Below the pieces are notes generated by a model. That model searched no databases and was not told the origin of the DNA. It was given only the letters and a program-made list of their open reading frames with translations. A stretch of 64,000 bases of DNA. It comes from a virus. A program made the position numbers and the translations under genes. Positions 19,753 through 28,778 of this stretch are shown piece by piece. The DNA lies in the IMG/VR virus record IMGVR_UViG_3300000956_000003, positions 1-64,000 of that record, one strand, 5' to 3'. Every line of letters starts with the position of its first letter. The stretch's first letter is position 1.

Positions 19753-19769
19753 CCTTTAAAAACAGTGAT

Positions 19770-19952
19770 ATGACATACGTATTGCACATTCTGAATATAA
19801 GACTATGGGAGTATGAGGCAGTAAGAGATAAGGCCGAGATGGAAATGCTTAAACATGGTCCGGATCAATATAATACAGAGGCACAGATTACGGCAACAAG
19901 CCGAATAAGTGAAATAAAAACTGCAATAGATAAACTTTCCAGCCAATGCTAA
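19770..19952 (+). CDS. hypothetical small protein (60 aa)
   Basis: ORF. Confidence 0.3.
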   Translation: MTYVLHILNIRLWEYEAVRDKAEMEMLKHGPDQYNTEAQITATSRISEIKTAIDKLSSQC

Positions 19953-20314
19953 CCATAACCACCAAACCCGGATGTGAGCTGCTGCTGGTAGGGGTTCCAA
20001 AGGAGGCAACCGGCCTTGAATCCAGTATGCAGGATGATGGTATTCCAGCCCTTACTTACTGGTATAAGGATAATTTGGATGCAACTGTTATTTGCCTCCC
20101 TCCCGGCTCATGGGAGTTCGTAGCCACAACGGATACGATAAAGGAAGAGCAGGCGGCAGGATTGGTGGCCTGCTATATTGATAATTTCTATGAGGACTAC
20201 ACTAAAAAAGACACATGGGAGAGTTTTTCCAACGCCATCGAATCCCTCAAAAGCGCCATCACCGCAGCAGGAGGGGATAAGAATACCGTTTACGCAATAC
20301 TTAAAAAACAATAA
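19946..20314 (+). CDS. hypothetical protein (122 aa)
   Basis: ORF. Confidence 0.4.
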   Translation: MLTITTKPGCELLLVGVPKEATGLESSMQDDGIPALTYWYKDNLDATVICLPPGSWEFVATTDTIKEEQAAGLVACYIDNFYEDYTKKDTWESFSNAIESLKSAITAAGGDKNTVYAILKKQ

Positions 20315-20316
20315 CA

Positions 20317-20537
20317 TGCCAAATCAACGCGAACACAGTAAGCAAAATTGGGCCTCTGGTGGAAGTGTCGAAGAAATTAACTCCGGCAGCCTTCAACGAA
20401 TAGCAGATGCCACGGAGATCATGGCGCAGAATTATGTTACGCTGCAGAATGATCTTAAATGGTATAAAGGGGAACGAACGAACTGTCCGATGCAAATGTT
20501 CGACTGCTCCGCCGCATTGCAGCCCTGCAGGGAGTGA
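20317..20537 (+). CDS. hypothetical small protein (73 aa)
   Basis: ATG 20317 just after the previous stop; preferred over the overlapping tracked 20178 start. Confidence 0.3.
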
Positions 20538-20576
20538 TCACCAAAATGAAGAACAAGTCCACAAAAAAGTAAAACA

Positions 20577-20975
20577 ATGAAATACATAGCAATCAATATT
20601 CTGGCCCTGTCAGCACTTTCCTGTAACGCTCAAACGGCTATCATTAAACCAGGCTTTACCATCGGCGAATGGGTTGTCTCCGGGGAGTTCTTTACCAATA
20701 AAAAGCCGGTAGGTAAGGTTGAAATCTTCAGCAATGGGCACAGATACGTCATCCAGTATGAAGACGGAACCAATGCATTCGCTGAGCTATTAGAGGCCCG
20801 GGCATGGCTGAAGACTATCAAAGAGCCGGGGTATTGTGAACACAACGATTTCACGCAGGAACAATGTTCAAAAAAGGCGCAATATGAGGCGAGGCTGAAA
20901 GCTCATCAGATTGTCATTTGGAAAGCCCCATCCGATAGCATTTACACGAAGGTCCGGGTAGAAAAAATCAAATAA
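20577..20975 (+). CDS. secreted protein with Sec signal peptide
   Basis: MKYIAINILALSALSCNAQ signal peptide. Confidence 0.5.
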   Translation: MKYIAINILALSALSCNAQTAIIKPGFTIGEWVVSGEFFTNKKPVGKVEIFSNGHRYVIQYEDGTNAFAELLEARAWLKTIKEPGYCEHNDFTQEQCSKKAQYEARLKAHQIVIWKAPSDSIYTKVRVEKIK

Positions 20976-20985
20976 AAAGGAGACC

Positions 20986-21447
20986 ATGAAATACATTATA
21001 ATACTGCTGCTTATTCTCACCGCCTGCGCACCGTCAAAGCCTTCCGCGCCGCGCAATGACCGGGAGGCTCACATTTTCAAATACACGGACCTGGCCGTGC
21101 AGGCCGAGATAAACCACAAAATGGACTCGGTTGAATATTACCTACGCATGGCCATGAGTTACGACTCAATGCACAAAATTGAATGGTATGGGCCGCCAAT
21201 CCAGATGAATATAGACACGATACCGGTTCGTCAAACCGCGGAGGTCAAATTATTCGATGCTATATGGGATTCTGGCTGGACTTCATATATGGTGAGGTCT
21301 ACGTACGAAGACGGTCAACCACAAACCTTAATGGAATACTTACTACATCACGATACCTTAACTATCCAGCCGACACCTGCGGATTCTTTACTGAAAAGGG
21401 CTAAAGTGATCCTTGCCGGCGGAAAAACATTTATTGAGAAACCATGA
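20986..21447 (+). CDS. putative lipoprotein
   Basis: MKYIIILLLILTACAP lipobox-like. Confidence 0.5.
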   Translation: MKYIIILLLILTACAPSKPSAPRNDREAHIFKYTDLAVQAEINHKMDSVEYYLRMAMSYDSMHKIEWYGPPIQMNIDTIPVRQTAEVKLFDAIWDSGWTSYMVRSTYEDGQPQTLMEYLLHHDTLTIQPTPADSLLKRAKVILAGGKTFIEKP

Positions 21448-21695
21448 AACGCCAAACCTTTAAAGAACCAGTGCTTTACCTCCTGCTGATAGCGTCGATC
21501 GCCTGCACCAAACAAACAACCTGGTGCGAACGCTGGCAGGTAGAGATCTACGAAAAGAAGGAAGCCATCTGCCCAACGGGAAGGCTGGATACGGTATCCG
21601 TTTGCTACAATTCGGTCGATCATGAGAGCATGGAAGGAGTTTTGCAGAAGGCGGATGACACTACCTACCATATGTTTAAATGCATAGTAAAATGA
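21444..21695 (+). CDS. putative lipoprotein (83 aa)
   Basis: LLLIASIACTKQ lipobox-like. Confidence 0.45.
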   Translation: MKRQTFKEPVLYLLLIASIACTKQTTWCERWQVEIYEKKEAICPTGRLDTVSVCYNSVDHESMEGVLQKADDTTYHMFKCIVK

Positions 21696-22036
21696 TCACA
21701 GTAAAAGAACTCGACAGGGAGATAGGCCATCTGCGGGAGATCATAAACGAGCGGGAGAAGCAACGCATACAACATGACCAGCTCACTGAATTGGCGATCG
21801 ACAAGGCCGTAATAGGCATTGATGAGCGGTTGAAGAGTATGAATGAGTTTCGCGGACAACAAAAAGATATGATTGCGACCCTGGTACGAAAAGAGGAGCT
21901 GGCATCGCTGATTAAGGAGTTAGATGAACTCAAGGAGTGGAAGGCAAATAGCCAGGGACGAACAACAATTATCATGTTTTTGTGGCCCATTGCCGTGGCC
22001 CTGATAACGTTTGTGATAACCAAGTTTTTGAAATAA
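21680..22036 (+). CDS. tail-anchored coiled-coil membrane protein
   Basis: Coiled-coil body plus C-terminal TM segment IIMFLWPIAVALITFVITKFL. Confidence 0.45.
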   Translation: MHSKMITVKELDREIGHLREIINEREKQRIQHDQLTELAIDKAVIGIDERLKSMNEFRGQQKDMIATLVRKEELASLIKELDELKEWKANSQGRTTIIMFLWPIAVALITFVITKFLK

Positions 22037-22064
22037 AAACCGGTCCCGGAAGGGCGAGAGAAAT

Positions 22065-22259
22065 ATGAAAAAGATAATACTGTTTTTGTTCCTATTTGGA
22101 ATAATCAATTTTCTGGCGGTTCTCGGCCACATTGAATTATTCCAGTCGAATATCCCATATATAAGCTGGACGAGCATGGCGATTCATGTAGTCGGCCTGG
22201 TACTTTTCCCCTACAAAAGATTTTTCATCATAAAACAACAAACAAATGAAAGCAAGTAA
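22065..22259 (+). CDS. small two-TM membrane protein (possible NfeD-like partner of the SPFH protein)
   Basis: 64 aa with two hydrophobic helices; overlaps the SPFH gene start by 14 nt. Confidence 0.4.
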   Translation: MKKIILFLFLFGIINFLAVLGHIELFQSNIPYISWTSMAIHVVGLVLFPYKRFFIIKQQTNESK

Positions 22260-23046
22260 ACTGCTGCAATTCTCAATGTTATTCTGCATTCTATCGGTAA
22301 CAGCCTGTACATGCAATCGCGTTCAGCCAAATTATGAGGGCGTACTAATGACCGGGTACGGTCGTAATGGAAAGGCTGACTTTAAAGCGGTTACCGGCGC
22401 CCAGGGCATTCTCGGACCAGGATCAGAACTCTACCATGTGCCCATGTATGAGCAAAAGGCAGACCCATCCGAGGTGCTTATTACAGCCCGCGATGCCGGT
22501 TCGTTCTCCGTTGACCCGACCTACACGTATGCGGCCACCAGGGGGAAAGGCGTGGATATTATATTCAGTTACAAACACCTCGGGATCGACGACCCGGTAG
22601 TTATGATGGATAATATTGAGAACAGTGTGCTGAACCAGCTTGTAATAAACGCCTACCGGGAGACAGCCCGGGACTATACCACGGATAGTTTGATGAATCA
22701 TCTCAGTGATTTTGAAAAGCGTGTTGAGCTTCGTTTAAACACCGACTTTGAAGGTAAATACTTTCACCTGGTTAACCTCACCAGTGGATTAAAGCCGCCG
22801 GCATCCATGGTCCAGGCGATTGAGAAACGCAACAACGCAATCCAGCAGGCGGAGCAGGTGCGCAACGAACTGGAGGTAGCCCGCATGGGACTGGAAAAGG
22901 CAAAAATCGAAGCAGAGACCAATAAAGCAAAAGCGTCAGGTCTGGAACCGCGTGTCCTGCAGGAGCAATGGATAGAAGCCATCCGCACGACTCAGAACAA
23001 AGTAATTATCACAGACGGTAGAACACCAATCATTTTAGGTCAATAA
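22246..23046 (+). CDS. SPFH/band-7 (prohibitin/HflC-like) lipoprotein
   Basis: Lipobox LSVTAC; C-terminal AIEKRNNAIQQAEQVRNELEVARMGLEKAKIEAETNKAKA matches the SPFH-domain helical region. Confidence 0.65.
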   Translation: MKASKLLQFSMLFCILSVTACTCNRVQPNYEGVLMTGYGRNGKADFKAVTGAQGILGPGSELYHVPMYEQKADPSEVLITARDAGSFSVDPTYTYAATRGKGVDIIFSYKHLGIDDPVVMMDNIENSVLNQLVINAYRETARDYTTDSLMNHLSDFEKRVELRLNTDFEGKYFHLVNLTSGLKPPASMVQAIEKRNNAIQQAEQVRNELEVARMGLEKAKIEAETNKAKASGLEPRVLQEQWIEAIRTTQNKVIITDGRTPIILGQ

Positions 23047-23070
23047 AAAAGGCCCGGGAAACCGGGCTTT
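23045..23070 (+). terminator. rho-independent terminator (bidirectional-looking)
   Basis: A6 then GCCCGG-GAAA-CCGGGC then TTT, directly after the SPFH stop. Confidence 0.7.
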
Positions 23071-23097
23071 ACTAAAGTTACTAAAGTTACTAAAGTG
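23071..23097. repeat. 3 x 9-bp tandem repeat ACTAAAGT(T/G)
   Basis: actaaagtt actaaagtt actaaagtg immediately after the terminator. Confidence 0.6.
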
Positions 23098-23129
23098 AGG
23101 CAGGTTAACACAGCTTAAATAATGGTACG

Positions 23130-23588
23130 ATGATACAAAGCGATAAGCATTACCACACAATACCTTACGATGAATGGCAAGCTAAGTGGTTGCCGCTCGA
23201 ACAGGAAAACGCGGACCTGAAAAACGAACTGGAACGGAAGAATATAGACGTTAGACTTAACCGGCGGCATTACGGCGGCTCATTCTGGGATGAGACCGTT
23301 AAGGTGGGGTATTACGAAATAGATGTTAGCCTGCCCCACAACCTGAAGATCGACAAAGATCATGTGAAAAAGATATTATTGGAACACGAGCAGGACGATG
23401 AATATGGATACATCTATTCAGAACAGCATGCGGCAAAAGTTCGGCAGGGAATAGTAGATAAGATCACCCAGCAGCAGGAAGTAGAAGAGTCAATTCAAAA
23501 ATACATTCGGCGGAATTCCCGGATCATGCGGGTATTAGCCGCGCTTCTCATTGTTAATCTGATCATTGTGTACAAGTATTATGTGTAA
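23130..23588 (+). CDS. hypothetical protein with C-terminal TM anchor
   Basis: C-terminus RIMRVLAALLIVNLIIVYKYYV is hydrophobic. Confidence 0.45.
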   Translation: MIQSDKHYHTIPYDEWQAKWLPLEQENADLKNELERKNIDVRLNRRHYGGSFWDETVKVGYYEIDVSLPHNLKIDKDHVKKILLEHEQDDEYGYIYSEQHAAKVRQGIVDKITQQQEVEESIQKYIRRNSRIMRVLAALLIVNLIIVYKYYV

Positions 23589-23611
23589 TAAAAGTTGATA
23601 AAACCATTAAA

Positions 23612-23842
23612 ATGAACGAAGAATCCATTATCGTTGGAAAGCTGGAACCGGGAACTGAGTTCAAATTGCCGGACAAAGAAACCATTTACCGGGTACTCAC
23701 CAGGCGGAAATGGAACGCCTCGCCAGCCCATGGGGTAATCGACTGCCTGAATCTGGATACTAATAAGTCGGAACAGGTGAAGTGTAAAACAAAGGTAATT
23801 ATTGTTTCATGTGGAACTATTCGTAAATTCAGAAAAAATTGA
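23612..23842 (+). CDS. hypothetical protein (76 aa)
   Basis: ORF. Confidence 0.35.
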   Translation: MNEESIIVGKLEPGTEFKLPDKETIYRVLTRRKWNASPAHGVIDCLNLDTNKSEQVKCKTKVIIVSCGTIRKFRKN

Positions 23843-23966
23843 AAGATTCCCTACCTTTAGGCATAGTTAAGTCTTATTCAATAACATTGATGAAATGTTG
23901 AATTATCATGCAAGTTAATGATAGTCAATTGATAGTGTCAATGTATTGTAGATAAAATAGAAGTGC

Positions 23967-24242
23967 ATGGCGCGTAATGGAACAAAGACAGGTGGCAGGG
24001 TGAAAGGAACGCCCAATAAAAAGACTGCTGCTCAAATGGAGCGGGCTGAAAAGGTATTGCAAGTTTTGGAAGGCAATTACCTGGATAAGGATATCAAGAA
24101 ACTGACAGCTTCCCAAAGAGTACTGCTTTATTGTGACATGCTCGAATATGTCGCGCCCAAATTAAGCCGGATTGAACACAAGGGCGGGACCGATAACTCC
24201 TTAACTATAAAAATTGTCAGAAGTCGAAATAAGGCTGAATGA
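23967..24242 (+). CDS. terminase small subunit (putative)
   Basis: MARNGTKTGGRVKGTPNKKT basic N-terminus; sits immediately upstream of and overlaps TerL. Confidence 0.5.
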   Translation: MARNGTKTGGRVKGTPNKKTAAQMERAEKVLQVLEGNYLDKDIKKLTASQRVLLYCDMLEYVAPKLSRIEHKGGTDNSLTIKIVRSRNKAE

Positions 24243-25461
24243 ACTACATGGTCCGCAGGAAAGGGTCATGAGTGAGGCGGATCGGTTCAATGTCCTTTGT
24301 TGTGGCCGGCGATGGGGCAAAACAACACTTTCCGAAGACCTGCTTATATCTCCCGATGATGAAAATAATGGCGCCCTAAATGGCTTTCCTGTTGCTTATT
24401 TCGCACCTACCTATAAAATGCTCATGGAAGTGTGGCGCGAGGTCAATCAAACTTTGTACGGGGTTATCAATAACAAATCAGAAACGGAAAAGAGAATTGA
24501 ACTGTATGGCGGCGGAGTTATTGACTTTTGGAGCCTCGAAGATCCTAACAGTATAAGGGGACGAAAGTACAAGCGTGGCGTGTTGGATGAGGCTGCTATA
24601 GCACGCAACCTGGAAGAGGCCTGGCTAAAGGTTATAAGGCCCACCTTAACAGATTTGCAAGGGGATGCATGGTTTCTTTCTACTCCAAAGGGCAAGAACA
24701 ATTACTTCTATGACCTGTTCCAGATGCCGGATAGGTTCGCTGATTGGCGATGCTGGCAAATGCCCACCTCAACTAACCCGCATATTCTACCGGAAGAAAT
24801 AGAGCAGGCGCGTAGCCAACTTGATCCGCTTACGTTTGCCCAAGAGTATCTGGCCAGCTTTGTAACGGAAAATCTCAATGCATGGGCTTATTGTTTCAAT
24901 TACGCAAAGCATGTGGGGCCAACCGCTTTAAACAAAAAGCATGAGGTCTATTTGTCGTTTGACTTTAATAGGGACCCCGTCTCCTGCTCGGTTTTTCAAT
25001 TTTACAACAATACGCATTATGGCATTGAGCAGATAAAGCTCCAAAGCAGCAACATATATGCTTTGTGCGATTATATTATTGCAAATTACGGGGCCTGCAT
25101 GCTATTGGTTACCGGCGATGCCACGGGTAAGGCCTCCTCTGCGCTGGTGAAGGATAATATCAATTACTACACGGTGATCAAAAGTAAATTAAACCTAAGC
25201 ATGAATCAGCTCAGGGTTCCATCTATCAACCCCACCTTAATAGAGAACAGGGTATTGGTAAATTCAATTCTTCACAATCATAACGTAATCCTGGACCCCA
25301 TAAAATGTAAAGCCTTAATATTTGATCTCGAATATGCCGCTGTATTACCCGACGGATCATTGGATAAAACGGACCGGAAAGACCCTACGAAACAGTTAGA
25401 TGCCTGCGACTGTTTTCGCTATTATTTAAACACCTTCCATAAGCATCTGCTAAAGTTTTAA
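24214..25461 (+). CDS. terminase large subunit
   Basis: Walker A CCGRRWGKTT, Walker B GVLDEAA; position after TerS. Confidence 0.75.
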   Translation: MSEVEIRLNELHGPQERVMSEADRFNVLCCGRRWGKTTLSEDLLISPDDENNGALNGFPVAYFAPTYKMLMEVWREVNQTLYGVINNKSETEKRIELYGGGVIDFWSLEDPNSIRGRKYKRGVLDEAAIARNLEEAWLKVIRPTLTDLQGDAWFLSTPKGKNNYFYDLFQMPDRFADWRCWQMPTSTNPHILPEEIEQARSQLDPLTFAQEYLASFVTENLNAWAYCFNYAKHVGPTALNKKHEVYLSFDFNRDPVSCSVFQFYNNTHYGIEQIKLQSSNIYALCDYIIANYGACMLLVTGDATGKASSALVKDNINYYTVIKSKLNLSMNQLRVPSINPTLIENRVLVNSILHNHNVILDPIKCKALIFDLEYAAVLPDGSLDKTDRKDPTKQLDACDCFRYYLNTFHKHLLKF

Positions 25462-25504
25462 TTATTTCTTTCATTTTTTTCTGAAAATTCAATAACTTCG
25501 GTGA

Positions 25505-25867
25505 ATGCCACACCAATGTTGTCCCTGTTTTGAGGATTATATTGTCAAATGCCCGGAAGAAATCCAGGTATACGCGCAACTAACCCCTTTAACAGAATTC
25601 ACCTGGGTAATTACCGACAAATTCGATAGACAATACTCCGGAACGTTCACTACAGATGAAAATGGTTTCTGGACAATACCGGTTACCGATCTCCCCGATG
25701 GACTCCTTACTGAATTCTCTGGCAACTTCAAATTGGAAGTAATGGACGGCGACTGTAAGCCGATTAAATTCCTGATCGCTTCAGAATACGACTGCATCAA
25801 TTTTACTATCAAAGCCGGGACAAGAGAGAAAGACAATCTTGGATGTTTTTTTTTAACCAGCCCGTAG
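25505..25867 (+). CDS. hypothetical Cys-rich protein; possible N-terminal part of a -1 frameshift fusion with the Gly-rich ORF
   Basis: ORF; T9 run 25846-25854 (heptamer T_TTT_TTT in frame) links it to the downstream -1 frame ORF. Confidence 0.4.
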   Translation: MPHQCCPCFEDYIVKCPEEIQVYAQLTPLTEFTWVITDKFDRQYSGTFTTDENGFWTIPVTDLPDGLLTEFSGNFKLEVMDGDCKPIKFLIASEYDCINFTIKAGTREKDNLGCFFLTSP

Positions 25868-25869
25868 AT

Positions 25870-26709
25870 ATGATAACAAATATCTACGATACCGCTGGCT
25901 CATTCACCTGGACAAAACCACTTGGCGCCAAATGGGTAACAGTGATTGCCGTCGGTGCCGGTTCAGGTGGAGGCAGCGGTCAAAAAACATCAGGTAATGC
26001 CATTGGTGGAGCAGGGGGCGGAGCAGGGGGAGTTGTGGAAGCTGAATTTAATCCTGATGATCTGCCTGATACTATTGATGTAACAGTAGGTGCAGGGGGC
26101 ATAGGTGGCGCTTCAGTGACCGCAAATAGTACTAATGGCAACACGGGTACCAATGGAGCACAATCCAAATTTGGAGACTACATAGCTGCAGGTGGAAGTA
26201 CAGGTGGTGCAGGCGGTGGAACAACCGGCGGCAGTTCTGCCTCGGCTGGCAATGGTGCAATTGGTTTAGTATGGAAATCTATATCCGGAGGCCAGGGCGG
26301 CACCGGTAGATTAAATGTCGGCGATAGCGCAGGCGTTGTCAACAGCGACGGTAACACGGGTGGTGGTGCTGGCGGTGGAATTAATTCAAACGTAGCAAAC
26401 AATGCCGGTAACGGTGGTCAACGCGGTAATATATCCGGTGTACAATCCGGAAGGCCATTATTGCAATCAGGTGGCGTAGGCGGAACGGCTGCGGGAACGC
26501 TAGATGGAACGAACGGTTCGACTTCAGGACTATACGGCACCGGCGCAGGCGGTGGTGCAGCTTCATTAACTACCAATGCCGGGAGCGGCGCCAATGGTGG
26601 TCGTGGTGCCGGAGGAGGTGGTGGCGGTGCTGCGAGAAATGACGCAGGCAATTCAGGCGCAGGTGGTAACGGAGGTGATGGATATTTAATCGTAAAATCC
26701 TACTTCTAA
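25870..26709 (+). CDS. glycine-rich repeat protein
   Basis: WTKPLGAKWVTVIAVGAGSGGGSG then about 250 aa of GGxGG repeats; tracked start 25843 lies inside the T-run, ATG 25870 is the alternative. Confidence 0.5.
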   Translation: MITNIYDTAGSFTWTKPLGAKWVTVIAVGAGSGGGSGQKTSGNAIGGAGGGAGGVVEAEFNPDDLPDTIDVTVGAGGIGGASVTANSTNGNTGTNGAQSKFGDYIAAGGSTGGAGGGTTGGSSASAGNGAIGLVWKSISGGQGGTGRLNVGDSAGVVNSDGNTGGGAGGGINSNVANNAGNGGQRGNISGVQSGRPLLQSGGVGGTAAGTLDGTNGSTSGLYGTGAGGGAASLTTNAGSGANGGRGAGGGGGGAARNDAGNSGAGGNGGDGYLIVKSYF

Positions 26710-26948
26710 TGCCCTGCTGCGTACCCACCATATTTGAATTTGTAAACGTGCCATCAACGGTTATTCCTTACACGCCTGCCATGAAGGAGCAATACGGATC
26801 AATGCCCAAAGTACAGGTAGCATATCTGGACCCTGATACCGGAGAATATTATTTGAGCGGATTTTTTACCAGGGTGAGTTATGCTGCTGATACGATTACG
26901 GTTGATCATGGTGGGGATTCGCAAACTGGCCTGGTCACAATAATGTAA
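26709..26948 (+). CDS. hypothetical protein (79 aa)
   Basis: ORF. Confidence 0.4.
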   Translation: MPCCVPTIFEFVNVPSTVIPYTPAMKEQYGSMPKVQVAYLDPDTGEYYLSGFFTRVSYAADTITVDHGGDSQTGLVTIM

Positions 26949-26954
26949 CAAGCA

Positions 26955-27698
26955 ATGAAGGGGATTTATAAAATAACAACACCATCTGGGCATATTTATA
27001 TCGGGCAATCCTGTAATCTATTGAGAAGAAGAGGGGATTATGTCAGATTAACAATAAAGAGCAGGCAAACGCCTATCCATAGATCAATTCTAAAATATGG
27101 ATTTAATGCACATTCCTTTGAAATAATCCATGAATTACCAGAGGATGCATCAACCGAAGTGTTGACCCAGTTCGAGCAAGCGTATATGGATTTTTACAAA
27201 GAGGCCGGTATTGTAATGTTGAATATTAGCCCTTCAGCAGGAAGCACCCAAGGATTAAAGAGATCAGAAGAATCTAAGAGGCTTCAGTCAATTAGAATGA
27301 AAGGCAAGCCATCTCCAATGAAGGGGAGGGTTCAGTCGGAGGCAACACGCAATATATTGAGAGAAAAAAGAAAAATACAGACCCAAAAGGCAGGCCACAA
27401 AACGGCTGCAGAACGAGCCGCATTAAAAGCAAACACACCTCCTCGAACAAGAAAAGGATTTACAATCTCTGATCAGATGAAGGAAACGATAAGCAAAAAG
27501 TTAATGGGTCGAAAGCTATCTCCGGAATCAATTATTAAGCGTGAAGAAACAAGAAGATTAAATGGGAACAATAAAGGGTGGAGCAATGAGGCAAGAAAAA
27601 GGAGATCCGAATTATATAAAGGTCGTAAGCTTTCAGATGAGCATAAGAGAAACATCAGCTTAGCATTAATAAGAAAATCCGCAACGATCAATTCATAA
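26955..27698 (+). CDS. GIY-YIG homing endonuclease with NUMOD3-like repeats
   Basis: GIYKITTPSGHIYIGQS (GIY...YIG), RR and E catalytic residues, repeated H.E.tR.K.S DNA-binding motifs in the C-terminal half. Confidence 0.8.
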   Translation: MKGIYKITTPSGHIYIGQSCNLLRRRGDYVRLTIKSRQTPIHRSILKYGFNAHSFEIIHELPEDASTEVLTQFEQAYMDFYKEAGIVMLNISPSAGSTQGLKRSEESKRLQSIRMKGKPSPMKGRVQSEATRNILREKRKIQTQKAGHKTAAERAALKANTPPRTRKGFTISDQMKETISKKLMGRKLSPESIIKREETRRLNGNNKGWSNEARKRRSELYKGRKLSDEHKRNISLALIRKSATINS

Positions 27699-27699
27699 C

Positions 27700-28011
27700 A
27701 TGATTGAAAAGATACTCATCATATCGTTACTGGTACTTTCAATTCACTACACCTACCAGCCTGGTGAAATTTTCGCAAGGCTTGGTAGTTGGTTCGAGAA
27801 GAATTTGCCGTATCAAATTCATCAGCCAGTTTTTGATTGTAATATCTGCATGTGCCCTTGGTATGGTAGTGTGATCTATTGGGCGGTGTGGGGCTTATGG
27901 CTACACACGGGTACATGGCAGGAGTGGTTAATAGTAATTATCGGGGCAATGGGTATCAATATCATTATTAATAAATGGGCGCCGGATAAAGATGACAGAG
28001 ATCCTAAGTAA
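27700..28011 (+). CDS. small multi-TM membrane protein
   Basis: three hydrophobic helices. Confidence 0.45.
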   Translation: MIEKILIISLLVLSIHYTYQPGEIFARLGSWFEKNLPYQIHQPVFDCNICMCPWYGSVIYWAVWGLWLHTGTWQEWLIVIIGAMGINIIINKWAPDKDDRDPK

Positions 28012-28225
28012 ATATGGCTTCAAATATTCCGGTTCATGTAATTGCAACGGGGTATTCACGCAGAAGTATAAGAAAGGGGATTACCTGGTTAGGGTAAGAA
28101 AGAATAGATACAAGTTCATGATTCAGAAAGGAGGGAAATCAACAACGATATGGTTACCAACTGCCGAACTCGAAAACAAGTTAAATGAAATACTGGAAAG
28201 CGATAAAAAGCCTGTTAAAGCGTAA
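27992..28225 (+). CDS. hypothetical protein (77 aa)
   Basis: ORF. Confidence 0.35.
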   Translation: MTEILSKYGFKYSGSCNCNGVFTQKYKKGDYLVRVRKNRYKFMIQKGGKSTTIWLPTAELENKLNEILESDKKPVKA

Positions 28226-28778
28226 GCCAAAGTTCAAGCCGTTACCAACCGGTGAAGTTGCGGTGGAAGCCTTCCGGCACAACGGAAAGGTTTATTACCA
28301 TTTCACTGATAGCTTTAAAGTACCGGCTGGCAGGTTAATATGCGCGCTGGCCATATATGAGGAACTTCGCATGAGGCTTACCCCCGAGTACATAGAAAAG
28401 CATTGCAAGGCCATTGAAATGATATTGAGCGATCCTAAGAAAATCAATATCCAGGCGATTGCGATTATCAACAACAATATGAAGGAGCGCCTTTCACTGG
28501 TCCCCTTTCCGGATCATATTTACAAACTGGCATCCGTTACTTTTTTTGATGAAAGTGAAAGTCCCTATAACTATGAGTTCGAGTATAACAAAAAGAAAAT
28601 AGAGGAGTGGAAGAAAGATCCGGCTATACTGGATTTTTTTTTGCGGACGCAGTTCGCCGACTTGATACCGTTTTCGAATTCATCCGGAATGAATGCAGGC
28701 ATGTATTTTCAAGTGAGCGAGGAAATCAACAAGATGCACCAGGATTATCTGTCACAGGTCATATCCGGGACCAATTAA
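28185..28778 (+). CDS. tail assembly chaperone-like protein (gpG analogue, short form)
   Basis: Sits immediately upstream of the tape-measure-like gene; contains the slippery T_TTT_TTT at 28634-28640. Confidence 0.45.
   Translation: MKYWKAIKSLLKRKPKFKPLPTGEVAVEAFRHNGKVYYHFTDSFKVPAGRLICALAIYEELRMRLTPEYIEKHCKAIEMILSDPKKINIQAIAIINNNMKERLSLVPFPDHIYKLASVTFFDESESPYNYEFEYNKKKIEEWKKDPAILDFFLRTQFADLIPFSNSSGMNAGMYFQVSEEINKMHQDYLSQVISGTN

Noticed and set aside
20178-20537. Tracked 119-aa ORF starting at 20178
   Set aside because: It overlaps the 3' half of the preceding gene in another frame. An ATG at 20317 immediately after that gene's stop gives a non-overlapping 73-aa product, which is preferred.
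23071-23097. Tandem ACTAAAGTT repeats as a possible CRISPR array
   Set aside because: Only three contiguous 9-bp units with no spacers; not CRISPR-like. No CRISPR arrays were seen anywhere in the window.
26178-26651. Proline-rich ORFs on the minus strand (26178..26402, 26418..26651, 25980..26168)
   Set aside because: They are antisense to the glycine-rich gene (GGN codons read as NCC Pro on the other strand); a composition artefact.
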